Shown in pieces: positions 36,569-48,332 of a stretch of 64,000 nucleotides of DNA. Position numbers and translations under genes: made by a program. Source of the stretch: Gemmatimonadales bacterium. GTDB taxonomy: Bacteria > Gemmatimonadota > Gemmatimonadetes > Gemmatimonadales > GWC2-71-9. The stretch's first letter is position 1. Each line of letters starts with the position of its first letter. The DNA lies in NCBI GenBank assembly GCA_037189525.1, contig JBBCJC010000003.1, positions 192,001-256,000 of the forward strand, given 5' to 3'. The notes below the pieces were generated by a model. That model was not told where the DNA came from. It ran no database searches and saw nothing but the letters and a program-made list of their open reading frames with translations.

Positions 36569-38068
36569 TCATCGAAGCACCGTCTGATAGATGTCGAGAT
36601 ACTCGCCGACCGATCGTTCCCAGCTGAAGTCGGTGGCCATGGCAAACGTCATGAGCCGGCGCCATTCGACCGGATTGTGATACGTGTCGATGCCGCGGAG
36701 CGTCGCACCGACCAGGGACGACGCCTCGTAGGGGTCGAACACGAACCCGGTTACGCCATCCTCCACCGTATCGACCAGACCGCCCACTCGCCGCACGATC
36801 GGCGCGACGCCGTAGCGCTGCGCACGCATCTGGGTCAGCCCGCACGGTTCGTATTGGCAGGGCATCAGCAGGAAGTCCGAGCCGGCCATGACCTGGTGCT
36901 CGAGTTCGTCGGTAAAGTGCGTATCGACGGCGACCCGGCTCGGCATCATGCCGGCAATCCGCTTGAGGGCCGCCTCGAAGCGCGCCTCCCCGGCGCCGAT
37001 GAAGACGAATTGCGCCTCCACCTGAAAGAGATCGAAGCTGGCGATGACCAGTTCGAGACCCTTCTGTGTCACCAGGCGCGCAGCCATGCCGATGACTGGA
37101 GTGCGCGGCTCCGGGGCCAGGCCGAAGCGATCCTGCAGGGCGCGTTTGCAGAGAGCCTTGCCGGACAGGTCGTCCGCGGAAAACTGCGCTGCGATCTGGG
37201 GGTCCCGGCTCGGGTCCCACTCCTCGGGATCGATGCCGTTGAGGATGCCGCTGAAACGCTTGCCCAGCGACGCAAAGACCTCTTGCAAGCCGAAACCGCC
37301 CGCGGACGTCCGCAATTCCGTCGCGTGGTTGGGGCTGACCGTGATGACGGCGTCCGCAAAGGTGAGTCCCGCCTTGAGCAGGTTGACCTTGCCATACCAC
37401 TCGACCTGGCGCCAGTTGAACATCTCCCAGGGCAGGCCGATCTCGTCCATCGCCGAGGGCGGATAGTGACCCTGATAGCCGGCGTTGTGAACCGATAGCA
37501 CGGTTGCTGCGCGACCGAGTTCGCCGTCGTCGGCATGGAAGACGCGCAGGTAGGCGAGCGCCAGGGCCGCGTGCCAGTCGTGCGCATGCAGCAGGACCGG
37601 GCCGGTCGTGATTCGGGGAATCGCGAGCACGCTCGCGCGCGCAAACAGGGAGAACCGCTTCGCGTTGTCGGAGTAGTCTCCATTGCGATCGCCGTAGAGC
37701 TGCGGCCGATCGAAATAGGGATCGTACTCGATGAAATAGATGGTGGCTCCGGGCTCCGGCGTCACCTGGGTCATCAGACGAACCGTCTCGCGACGTTCGC
37801 CGATGACGACTTCGATCGGCTCGCCGACCTGGGTCAATGGACCCGCTTTGTCCCGCGCGCTTCGATAGAGCGGCAGGATGGCCATCGACCGAACGCCACT
37901 TTTCGCCTGCCACTTCGCCAGGTTGGCCACCGCTTCGGCCAGTCCTCCGGACCGAGCGAACGGATAGTACTCCGCCGCGACGTGCACGACCGTGACCGCC
38001 TCGCCGCTCGAATGCTGGAGCGCTGAGGCCGAAAAACGGCGGCGGGATACCCGGCGGCGATCGCGCAT
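36569..38068 (-). CDS. glgA: Glycogen synthase (GT5)
   Basis: HVAAEYYPFARSGGL, HAHDWH, HNAGYQG, NGID, RLVTQKG and EPCGLTQM motifs; start approximate. Confidence 0.9.
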   Translation of the reverse strand: MRDRRRVSRRRFSASALQHSSGEAVTVVHVAAEYYPFARSGGLAEAVANLAKWQAKSGVRSMAILPLYRSARDKAGPLTQVGEPIEVVIGERRETVRLMTQVTPEPGATIYFIEYDPYFDRPQLYGDRNGDYSDNAKRFSLFARASVLAIPRITTGPVLLHAHDWHAALALAYLRVFHADDGELGRAATVLSVHNAGYQGHYPPSAMDEIGLPWEMFNWRQVEWYGKVNLLKAGLTFADAVITVSPNHATELRTSAGGFGLQEVFASLGKRFSGILNGIDPEEWDPSRDPQIAAQFSADDLSGKALCKRALQDRFGLAPEPRTPVIGMAARLVTQKGLELVIASFDLFQVEAQFVFIGAGEARFEAALKRIAGMMPSRVAVDTHFTDELEHQVMAGSDFLLMPCQYEPCGLTQMRAQRYGVAPIVRRVGGLVDTVEDGVTGFVFDPYEASSLVGATLRGIDTYHNPVEWRRLMTFAMATDFSWERSVGEYLDIYQTVLR

Positions 38069-38073
38069 TGGAA

Positions 38074-40236
38074 TCAGCCGGTTGGAGGGTCGTCGGCCGC
38101 GGCGTCGGCTCGCATCGCGCGAACGTAGTAGCGGTCGCTGTAGTCCTGGACCATGCGCCGAGCGCTGAACTGTGCCATGGCGACCCGAAGCGCGTTGCGC
38201 ATCTTGTCGACCCAGGCGTACGGAACGCCGGCGGCATCCCGATCGTAATAGAGCGGGATCAGTTCCTCTTCCAGCAGCCGATAGAAATGCTCGGCGTCGG
38301 ACGCGTCGGCAATCTCCGGGTCGTCGTCCGGCGGGTAGGGAATGGCCCAGCCGTTGGTGCCGTCGTAGCCCTCTTCCCACCAACCGTCGATCGTGCCCAG
38401 CTGGGGGACGCCGTTGAATGCCGCCTTCATCCCGCTCGTGCCGCAGGCCTCCAGCGGAACGCGCGGAAGGTTGAGCCAGACGTCGACACCCTGGACCAGC
38501 GTGCCCGCCAGGCTCATGTCATAGTCTTCCAGGAACGCGACCCGCCCCTCGTAGAACTTGTCGTGGGTCGTCTCGTAGACCTGTTGCAGGACCTTCTTGC
38601 CCGGATTGTCCGCCGGGTGCGCTTTGCCGGCAAAGATGATCTGAACCGGCCGGCGCTTGTCGCACAGCAAGCGATGCAGCCGCTCCGGGTCTTTGAAGAT
38701 CAGCGCGGCGCGCTTGTAGGTGGCAAAGCGGCGTGCAAACCCGATCGTGAGTGCGTACGGATGGAGCAGGGTGCCGGCCGCGACCACTTGATTGGCCGCT
38801 TCCCAATGCGCCGCAAAGCGTTTCCGCGCGTCCTCGCGGATCGACCCCATCATGATGCCTTTGAGCTCCTGATGGGTGGCCCAGAGTGCCGCGGGATCCA
38901 GGTAGCGAATCTGCTCCCAGAGTGACGGATCGTCCAGACGGAGGCCCCAATCCTGGCCCAGTTCGCGGTCGAGCAGCGCCATGACCGGGTTGGCCATCCA
39001 GGTGGCCAGATGGACGCCGTTGGTAATGGCGCCGATCGGCACGTCGTCCTGGGGCCTCCCGGGCCAGAGCGAGTGCCAGATTTCGCGGGTGACCTGCCCG
39101 TGGCGCTTGGATACGCCGTTGATGTGCGACGCTGCCCGGATGGCCAGCACCGTCATCTGAAACCGGGGCTCGTGGACCGGATCGTGGATGCCCAGGCCGA
39201 AGAGGGTATCGCGATCGACGCCCATCTCCTCCCATATCGGCCCGGTGCATTCGGCCAGGTGATCGAGGTCGAAGGCGTCGTGCCCGGCGGGGACGGGAGT
39301 GTGCGTCGTGAAGACCGACGCCGCGCGCACCTGGCGGACCGCGTCGTCGAACGAGGTGCCAGCCACGCACAGCTCGCGAATCCGCTCGAGCATCATGAAC
39401 GAAGCGTGCCCTTCGTTGGCATGCCAGGCGCCCGGGTCGATTCCCACGGCGCGGAGCACCCGCACTCCGCCCACGCCAAGCAGCCATTCCTGGCGGAGCC
39501 GCAGGTCCGGCCCGCCGGCGTACAGCTTGTTGAGCAGGGTGCGATCTTCCGGGTGGTTCTCGTCGAGGTTCGTGTCGAGCAGGTAGAGCGGCACCCGCCC
39601 GACCTTCATGGTCCACACCTGAATGTGGACCGGCCGACCGAAGGTATTGACCACCGCCAGATACGGCTCGCCGTTGCGGCCCGGGACCGGCAGCAGCGGG
39701 GTGGTGATCGGATCGACGTGCTCGTCGCTGTCCTCCTGCCAGCCATCGGCGCGGAGGCGCTGGTCGAAGTACCCCTTCATGTACGAGAGGCCGATTCCGA
39801 CGAACGGAACCCCCAGGTCGCTGGCCGTCTTGCAGTGGTCGCCGGCCAGGATGCCCAGGCCGCCACTGTAGATCGGGACCGAGCTGTGCAACCCGAATTC
39901 CGCACAGAAGTAGGCAACCGGCCTGTCGCCCAGACCGGGATATTTCCGGTTGAACCAGGTTCGTTCGCGGGTCTGGTCGTTGGCCAGCCAGCCCATCACC
40001 CGATCGTACCGGACCAGGAACTCGTTGTCCCGCGCCAGCGCCTCGAGCCGGGCCGGGGAGACCTCCCGCAGCATGGCAATCGGGTTATAGCGCGTCTCCC
40101 GCCAGAGGGGCGGGTCGATGGCACGCAAGAGCTCCCGCGCGTCGCGGTTCCAACTCCACGACAGGTTGGTCGCCAGGGCGGCAAGACCCTCCAACCGCGG
40201 CGGGAGGGCGGTAATTTTTTGTCGTAACAGCGACAT
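38074..40236 (-). CDS. glgP: Alpha-glucan (glycogen) phosphorylase
   Basis: YFCAEFG, YSGGLG, HANEGH, ITNGVH, ARRFATYKR and EACGTSGMK (PLP lysine) motifs. Confidence 0.93.
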   Translation of the reverse strand: MSLLRQKITALPPRLEGLAALATNLSWSWNRDARELLRAIDPPLWRETRYNPIAMLREVSPARLEALARDNEFLVRYDRVMGWLANDQTRERTWFNRKYPGLGDRPVAYFCAEFGLHSSVPIYSGGLGILAGDHCKTASDLGVPFVGIGLSYMKGYFDQRLRADGWQEDSDEHVDPITTPLLPVPGRNGEPYLAVVNTFGRPVHIQVWTMKVGRVPLYLLDTNLDENHPEDRTLLNKLYAGGPDLRLRQEWLLGVGGVRVLRAVGIDPGAWHANEGHASFMMLERIRELCVAGTSFDDAVRQVRAASVFTTHTPVPAGHDAFDLDHLAECTGPIWEEMGVDRDTLFGLGIHDPVHEPRFQMTVLAIRAASHINGVSKRHGQVTREIWHSLWPGRPQDDVPIGAITNGVHLATWMANPVMALLDRELGQDWGLRLDDPSLWEQIRYLDPAALWATHQELKGIMMGSIREDARKRFAAHWEAANQVVAAGTLLHPYALTIGFARRFATYKRAALIFKDPERLHRLLCDKRRPVQIIFAGKAHPADNPGKKVLQQVYETTHDKFYEGRVAFLEDYDMSLAGTLVQGVDVWLNLPRVPLEACGTSGMKAAFNGVPQLGTIDGWWEEGYDGTNGWAIPYPPDDDPEIADASDAEHFYRLLEEELIPLYYDRDAAGVPYAWVDKMRNALRVAMAQFSARRMVQDYSDRYYVRAMRADAAADDPPTG

Positions 40237-40315
40237 GCGTCCTCGTCGTGTCGGTCCCGGACCCCGCGTTCTGCGAAGGCCGTGCCGCGAGGCCGGGACG
40301 GTGACGGCTGCTCCG

Positions 40316-41995
<1,680 letters not shown>

Positions 41996-42184
41996 AAGCC
42001 CGGGAACATAGGGGCGGGCAGGGTATCCTGGGTAGGCCGGGCAGCCGGTACTGCCGAGCCGTTATCTTTCCGTGATTCCCCATGGCTGGTGCATTTCCGG
42101 CCTTCATGGGTCGTGAAATCGGGCTCCGGCCCCACCGGAAAGGTGGAGCGATTACATGCTGTCCTCGGTCACTGGACGTCGATC

Positions 42185-42265
42185 CGGCCGACCGATGTGG
42201 CTGAAGGGCCCGATGGCTCGTTCTATGTCAATGACGATCAGGATGGTAGGATCTGGCGCGTGGTA
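42185..42265 (+). pseudogene. Remnant of the C-terminus of a PQQ-dependent sugar/sorbosone dehydrogenase-like beta-propeller
   Basis: Translates to RPTDVAEGPDGSFYVNDDQDGRIWRVV; no matching upstream body or proper stop. Confidence 0.55.
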
Positions 42266-42311
42266 CGGCAGGAGCCAGATTATCAGGATACCCGTGCTCG
42301 GGAGAGTAATT

Positions 42312-42890
42312 ATGGCGACGAAACTGGCAGCGACGGTACTGATGGGCCTCTTGGCCACCGCGGGCGTGCTGGAGGGACAGGCGGCTCCGGCCGGCGCCAC
42401 CCCCCTGGCCGTTGGAACGGCCGCGCCCGATTTCAACCTCGGCGGAGCCACCAAGGACGGTGTGCTGGGCGAACCGGTGCGCCTGTCGGCCCTCAAGGGG
42501 CAGACCGTGGTGCTCGCGTTCTTTCCGCGGGCGCGCACCCGCGGCTGCACCGCGCAGATGGAAGCCTATCGGGAACAGTATGCCACCCTGTTCAACGGCG
42601 GCAACGGGGTCCGGGTCTTTGCCGTGAGCGTCGATGCCGATACGATGCTCGCAAGCTGGGCACAGGAGCGCGAATATCCGGTCACCTTTCTGAGCGACGT
42701 GGGCGGCACGGTGAGTCGGGCCTATGGCGTCCTGCTCACGCGCGGCGATGCGATGTTCTCGCATCGGACCCTCTATGTCATCGACGGTAACGGCGTCATT
42801 GCCAACGTCATCTCGCCGTTTCGTGAAACCGATCCGACCGCCTACACCGAGCTGGCGGCGGCGGTGAAATCCGCGGCGCAGGGACGCTGA
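42312..42890 (+). CDS. Exported peroxiredoxin (BCP/AhpC-TSA family)
   Basis: Signal peptide; APDF, FFPRARTRGC (PxxxTxxC) and RTLYVID motifs; GGAG RBS. Confidence 0.85.
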   Translation: MATKLAATVLMGLLATAGVLEGQAAPAGATPLAVGTAAPDFNLGGATKDGVLGEPVRLSALKGQTVVLAFFPRARTRGCTAQMEAYREQYATLFNGGNGVRVFAVSVDADTMLASWAQEREYPVTFLSDVGGTVSRAYGVLLTRGDAMFSHRTLYVIDGNGVIANVISPFRETDPTAYTELAAAVKSAAQGR

Positions 42891-43092
42891 TCACATCGGA
42901 GGTCCGGATCGCTTTCGCGTCGGGCGTAATGCGCACCTGGCGAAGCGCCGGACCTCGGGTTGCCCGTGATCCCGGCGTCCGATACATTGTCCGGGTCCCA
43001 CGTGATGGAGGTGCCTGCGTTCGTTCGTCTGCCGGAATGATGTGTGAGCGCATGGAAGGCCCGCTCGCCGTATCCCTCGTTCCGGAGCGATC

Positions 43093-44889
43093 GTGACCAT
43101 GACACGCCATCTTCCTTACGCCGCCTACGGCAACGGCCAGGTGCTCGGCCTGATCGGCCCCGACAGCGCGATCGACTGGCTCTGCTTGCCGCGCTTCGAT
43201 TCGCCGTCGGTGTTCGGCGCGTTGCTCGACGCTGAGCGGGGCGGGACCTTCAGGGTGTTGTCTCGCGGCCGGACGGTGCAGGGTACCCTCAGTTACATCC
43301 GCAATACCAACGTCGTGCGCGGCGAGTTCCGCGACGAGGATGCCGCGTGGGAAGTCATCGACTTCGCGCCGCGCATACCGAACGGTCTGGCGCTCGACTG
43401 CCCGGTCGAAATCGTGCGCGTCATCCGTCCGCTGGCCGGGACCCCGCGGCTGTCGCTGGAGCTCGATCCCCGGCCCGACTATGGCCGCGCCGCGGTGCGC
43501 TGGGTTCCGGAAGATCGCGGCACCCTGCTCGAGTGGAGCGGCGGGACACTCGACGTCGCTGCTAACCTGCCGCTACCGTATCTGACCGGCCGGCAGGAGT
43601 TCGCGCTGACCCGTCCGGTGTTCATAGCGATCCGCTACGGACGCCGCATGGTTCGGCCGACCTGGGCCGACGTGCAGTTTCAGCTCGACGTAACCATTGC
43701 CGGGTGGCAGCGCTGGGCCAAGACCTGCGCGCTGCCGACATTCGCGGGCGAGGCCGTTCTCCGATCGGCGCTCTGTCTCAAGCTGCACGCTTATCACGAC
43801 ACCGGCGCCATCATCGCGGCGGCCACCACCAGCGTCCCGGAAGAGATGGGGACGGAGCGGACCTGGGACTACCGCTTCTGCTGGATTCGCGACGCGGCCT
43901 TCGTCGCCGAGGCGCTGCGGCGGCTCGCCTACCTGGACGAGGGCGAACGCCTGCTCGTCTTTCTGCGCGACGTCGTGGAGAACGGCCCGCTGCAGCCGCT
44001 CTACGGTATCGGCGGTGAGCGTCATCTGCCCGAAGAGTTTCTCGACCACTGGTCGGGTTATCGCGGCAATGGCCACGTCCGGATCGGCAACGCCGCCAGC
44101 CTCCAGGCGCAGCACGACCTGATGGGCGAAGTGGTGCTCTGCATGGAGACGCTGCTCTCCGATCCGCGGATCGGCCACAGCGATCCCAAGGGGTTCTTTC
44201 CGCTGGTCGAGCGGATGGTCGAAGACGCGATCCGTCTGGCGCCCGTGGCCGACACCGGTATCTGGGAATTCCGCACCTCGCTCAAACACCACACCTTCTC
44301 GCGGGCGATGTGCTGGGTGGCCATCCATCGTGGTGCGCTGCTGGCGGCACGGATGGGCTACGATGCGGTGGCCCGCCGCTGGGAGGCGATTGCCGAGCAG
44401 GAACGGACCATCGTGCTGGAGCAGGGCTACAACGCCGAGCTGGGCTACTTCACGCAGGCGCTGGGCAACCAGCATCCCGACGCGTCCAATCTGTTGCTGC
44501 CGACGCTGGGCATCATCGACGCGCGCGATCCGCGCTTCGTCGCGACCGTCGACGCCACCGGGCGCCTGCTGACCCGGAAGGGCCTGGTTTATCGCTATCG
44601 GAACCCCGACGACTTCGGGTTGCCGTCGAGCACCTTTACCATCTGCTCGTTTTGGTACGCCGAGGCGCTGGCGCTGGTGGGCCGACTGGAAGAAGCGGTG
44701 GAAGTGTTCGAGCGGTTGCTCTCCTTTGCCAATCCGGTCGGGCTGTTTTCCGAAGACATCGATCCGGACACCGGGTCGCTGCTCGGCAACTTTCCGCAGG
44801 CCTACACCCACGTCGGCCTGATTCACGCTGCGATGACGATCGGGGAACTACTCGAAGCACGGGATGGTCGCGTTCGTGCCTGGGTCTGA
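43093..44889 (+). CDS. GH15 family protein (trehalase/glucoamylase-like)
   Basis: IDWLCLPRFDSPS, WDYRFCWIRD, GIWEFR, LFSED and GNFPQAYTH motifs. Confidence 0.9.
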   Translation: MTMTRHLPYAAYGNGQVLGLIGPDSAIDWLCLPRFDSPSVFGALLDAERGGTFRVLSRGRTVQGTLSYIRNTNVVRGEFRDEDAAWEVIDFAPRIPNGLALDCPVEIVRVIRPLAGTPRLSLELDPRPDYGRAAVRWVPEDRGTLLEWSGGTLDVAANLPLPYLTGRQEFALTRPVFIAIRYGRRMVRPTWADVQFQLDVTIAGWQRWAKTCALPTFAGEAVLRSALCLKLHAYHDTGAIIAAATTSVPEEMGTERTWDYRFCWIRDAAFVAEALRRLAYLDEGERLLVFLRDVVENGPLQPLYGIGGERHLPEEFLDHWSGYRGNGHVRIGNAASLQAQHDLMGEVVLCMETLLSDPRIGHSDPKGFFPLVERMVEDAIRLAPVADTGIWEFRTSLKHHTFSRAMCWVAIHRGALLAARMGYDAVARRWEAIAEQERTIVLEQGYNAELGYFTQALGNQHPDASNLLLPTLGIIDARDPRFVATVDATGRLLTRKGLVYRYRNPDDFGLPSSTFTICSFWYAEALALVGRLEEAVEVFERLLSFANPVGLFSEDIDPDTGSLLGNFPQAYTHVGLIHAAMTIGELLEARDGRVRAWV

Positions 44890-47080
44890 CGTCAACAGGG
44901 TCATCATGGTCGCCAACCGGCTGCCGATGACGGCGTCGGTTGGTGAAGGCGGCATCTCCTTCGCAGCGAGCGCCGGCGGATTGGCCACGGCGCTGGCGGA
45001 AGTCCACGAGCAGCGCGGCGGCGTCTGGGTCGGCTGGCCCGGGATCACCTCGGACCAACTCGATCAGGCGGGCTGGGACCATGTGGTCGAGACGCTGCGC
45101 GCCTCGCGTCTGGTGTCGATTCCGCTCACCCGGGATGAATCAGTTCGTTTTTACGACGGCTTCTCCAACAGCTTCATCTGGCCGATTCTGCACAGTATCA
45201 CCGGTAAGACGCCGCTGGATACCGACGACTGGGAGGTCTACCGCGAGGTCAATCAGCGATATGCCGACGCGGTAATCGCGAATTACGCGCCTGGCGACCT
45301 GATCTGGGTACACGACTTCCAGCTGTTCCTGGTGCCCGGGATGATCCGGGCCGCGATTCCCGATGCGCCGATCGGCTTTTTCCTCCACGTGCCGTTTCCG
45401 ACGGCCGATGTCTTCCGCACTCTGCCGCATCGGACCGAGTTGCTGCGCGGCTTGCTGGGGGCGAGCCTGATCGGATTCCACACCGCGTCGTACCTTCGCT
45501 ACTTCTCGACGGCGCTCACGGAGTTGCTCGGCCTGCCCACCGATATCGACCGGGTCACCCTGGGCGACCGAACCGTCCGGCTCGGCGTGTTCCCGGTCGG
45601 GATCGAGTCCCAGACCTTCGAGGCGGTCGCCCGGGACCCGGTGACCGACGACCTGATTGCCGAGATTCGCGGTGAGGACACCGGCAAGCTGATGGTCGCG
45701 GTCGATCGACTGGATTATACCAAAGGCGTCCAGCGTCGCTTGCTGGGCTTCGAGCGTCTGCTCGCGACGCATCCCGAACTGCACGAGCGGGTCCGGCTGA
45801 TCAACCTCTCGGTGCCGAGCCGCGAAGCGGTGCCCGCCTACCAGGAGCTGCGGCTGGAGGTCGATGGGTTGGTGGGCAGGATCAACGGCCGGTTCTCGAC
45901 CCCGCGATGGACGCCGATCCATTACATGTTCCGCGCCGTCGATCGTCACAGTCTGGTCGCCCTCTACCGCGCGACCGACGTGATGCTGGTGACCCCGATT
46001 CGTGACGGAATGAATCTGGTGGCCAAGGAATTCGTCGCCTCCCGGATCGACGGCGACGGCGTGCTGTTGCTGAGCGAGTTTGCCGGCGCCGCTGCCGACT
46101 TGCCTGAAGCGGTGATCGTCAATCCCTACGACATCGATCAGTTGGCCGGCCGGATGGCGGAAGCGCTCACCATGGGGGAGGCTGATCGGCGCACCCGGAT
46201 GGCGTCGCTGCGCCATCGCGTCGGCCGCTATGGCAGCAGCTGGTGGTCGACCACCTTCCTCAACGCGCTGCAGAACGAGTGGCGCGCCAGTATCCGGCGG
46301 CCGGTGCGGATGGGGAGCGGCGCGCTCCGCCTCTCACTCGACAAGCTGCGCACCGCCAGGCGCCGGCTCCTGCTGCTCGACTACGATGGCACTCTCACGC
46401 CGCTGGCCGAACGTCCGGAGCTGGCGCTGCCCGACGAGGAACTGCTCGATCTGCTGGCCCGGCTCTCGCGCGATCGCCGCCATTCGGTCCACATCGTGAG
46501 CGGGCGCTCGGCCGGATTCCTCGAGCGGTGGCTCGGCCATCTGCCCGTCAATCTCCACGCCGAGCACGGGGCGGCGAGCCGTCCGCTCGGTGCGAAGGAT
46601 TGGATCCGGGCCAGCGTCGGGTTGGGCTGGATGGAACGGGTCCGGGGCGTGTTCGAGGATTTCAGCCGCGTCACCCCGGGGGCGTTCACCGAAACCAAGG
46701 AATTCGGACTCTGCTGGCATTGGCGGAGCGCCGACCCCGGATCGGAAAAGGCCGCCAATGAGCTGGTGCTGCATCTGGCTCAGGTACTCCAGCGTACCGG
46801 AGCCGATGTGCTGGTGGGCAATCGGATCGTCGAAGTGCGGGCGCAGGGTATCAACAAGGGACTGATTGCGCGGGCGGTGCTGTCGGAGCGGAGCATGGGC
46901 ACCGGCATCCTCGCCGCCGGGGATGACTCGACCGACGAGGAATTGTTCCGGGTGTTGCCGCCCGAGGCCATCACCATTCGGGTCGGCTCGGGTCCTTCGC
47001 ACGCCGGGATCGCGATTCCCGACGTGCCCGCCTTCCGCCGGGTGCTGGCGGAAATCGTCGGCTGGGGCTCGGGGAACTAG
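44864..47080 (+). CDS. Bifunctional trehalose-6-phosphate synthase / phosphatase (OtsA-OtsB fusion)
   Basis: [23 protein letters not shown] and DGMNLVAKE, then a HAD domain (DYDGTL, GDDSTDE); start uncertain. Confidence 0.92.
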   Translation: MVAFVPGSDVNRVIMVANRLPMTASVGEGGISFAASAGGLATALAEVHEQRGGVWVGWPGITSDQLDQAGWDHVVETLRASRLVSIPLTRDESVRFYDGFSNSFIWPILHSITGKTPLDTDDWEVYREVNQRYADAVIANYAPGDLIWVHDFQLFLVPGMIRAAIPDAPIGFFLHVPFPTADVFRTLPHRTELLRGLLGASLIGFHTASYLRYFSTALTELLGLPTDIDRVTLGDRTVRLGVFPVGIESQTFEAVARDPVTDDLIAEIRGEDTGKLMVAVDRLDYTKGVQRRLLGFERLLATHPELHERVRLINLSVPSREAVPAYQELRLEVDGLVGRINGRFSTPRWTPIHYMFRAVDRHSLVALYRATDVMLVTPIRDGMNLVAKEFVASRIDGDGVLLLSEFAGAAADLPEAVIVNPYDIDQLAGRMAEALTMGEADRRTRMASLRHRVGRYGSSWWSTTFLNALQNEWRASIRRPVRMGSGALRLSLDKLRTARRRLLLLDYDGTLTPLAERPELALPDEELLDLLARLSRDRRHSVHIVSGRSAGFLERWLGHLPVNLHAEHGAASRPLGAKDWIRASVGLGWMERVRGVFEDFSRVTPGAFTETKEFGLCWHWRSADPGSEKAANELVLHLAQVLQRTGADVLVGNRIVEVRAQGINKGLIARAVLSERSMGTGILAAGDDSTDEELFRVLPPEAITIRVGSGPSHAGIAIPDVPAFRRVLAEIVGWGSGN

Positions 47081-47084
47081 CGCG

Positions 47085-48332
47085 TCAGGTCGCAGTCCGC
47101 GCCAGGGCTGCTTCGACCGCCTCGAGCGTCGGATCGATTTCGTGGGTAACCGCCTCGCCCTTCTGCAGCAGAATCTCGGGATCCTTGAGCAAGTGGCCGG
47201 TCAGAATGGCCACGATATCGTCGTTGCGTCCGATGATGCCCTCGCTCACCAGGCGGCGCACTCCGGCCACCGACGCGGCGCTGGCAGGTTCGCAGCCGAC
47301 GCCGGCCCGGTCGATGACCCGTTTGGCGGCCAGAATCTCCTCATCGCTCACCGTGGTCACGACGCCGTTGGTGGCGCGGATGGCCTCGATGGCCCGAAAG
47401 TGGGATGCCGGATTGCCGATCCGGATCGCGGTGGCAACGGTTTCCGCTTCGACTTGGTAGCGGTTGGCAAACCCTTCCCGGTAGCTCCGCGCAAACGGGG
47501 CGGCGCCTTCCGCCTGGATCGAGGCAATCCGGGGCACCCGATCGATCAGGCCCGCGGCCTTGGCCTGCACCAGCGCGGCGCCGAACGCCGCCGTGTTGCC
47601 CAGGTTGCCGGCCGGCAGCACGATCCAGTCCGGGGCGCGCCAGCCTCGATCTTCGAGCAACTCGAACACGATGGTACGCTGCCCGGCTAGCCGGAGCGGA
47701 TTGATGCTGTTCGCGAGGTAGACGCCCAGACGTTCGCTGGCCTGATCGACCAGCGAAAGGCAGGCATCGAAGTCGCCCCGGACCGCCAGGATCGTGGCGC
47801 CGTAGGCTACGCTCTGCGCCAGTTTGCCCATGGCGGTCTTGCCGGCGGGAATCAGGACGATACCCGCCATGCCCGCTTGCGCGGCGTACGCGGCAAGCGA
47901 GGCGGAGGTGTTGCCGGTCGAGGCGCAGGCTACGGCGCGCATGCCCAGCCGCTTGGCCTGCGACACGGCGACCGTCATGCCCCGGTCTTTGAAGGATCCG
48001 GTCGGGTTCATGCCCTCGAGCTTGAGCGCCAGGCGCGCTGCCTCGGCCCAGTCGCCGACGGCCGGCCGGGTGATCTGCGGCGTGTTGCCCTCGGGGAACG
48101 AAACGATATCCTCGTCGCGCGCCTCGGGCAGGATCAGGTCGCGGAACCGCCAGACGCCCGAACGGGCCAGCCGGGTGTTGCAGGCGCCCCGGTCGGTCAG
48201 CCGCCGTGCCAGCTCGGCCGGGTCGTCGTCGTTCATCAGCGACAGGAGACCGCGGCAGGCTCGGCACCGGGTGACGGGCTCGTCGAGCGTGAACGTGGTT
48301 GCACAGCTATCGCAGCGAAGCCACGAAGTCAT
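47085..48332 (-). CDS. thrC: Threonine synthase
   Basis: EGNTP, NPTGSFKDRG, CASTGNTSAS and GNLGN motifs; ATGA overlap with thrB. Confidence 0.92.
   Translation of the reverse strand: MTSWLRCDSCATTFTLDEPVTRCRACRGLLSLMNDDDPAELARRLTDRGACNTRLARSGVWRFRDLILPEARDEDIVSFPEGNTPQITRPAVGDWAEAARLALKLEGMNPTGSFKDRGMTVAVSQAKRLGMRAVACASTGNTSASLAAYAAQAGMAGIVLIPAGKTAMGKLAQSVAYGATILAVRGDFDACLSLVDQASERLGVYLANSINPLRLAGQRTIVFELLEDRGWRAPDWIVLPAGNLGNTAAFGAALVQAKAAGLIDRVPRIASIQAEGAAPFARSYREGFANRYQVEAETVATAIRIGNPASHFRAIEAIRATNGVVTTVSDEEILAAKRVIDRAGVGCEPASAASVAGVRRLVSEGIIGRNDDIVAILTGHLLKDPEILLQKGEAVTHEIDPTLEAVEAALARTAT

Noticed and set aside
42530..42560. Selenocysteine in the peroxiredoxin active site
   Set aside because: The codon is TGC (Cys) and the frame is uninterrupted.
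42889..42975. c-di-GMP-I riboswitch (GGGCAACCC...GACGCGAAAGC)
   Set aside because: P2 pairing and 3' consensus do not fit, and there is no adjacent downstream gene on that strand.
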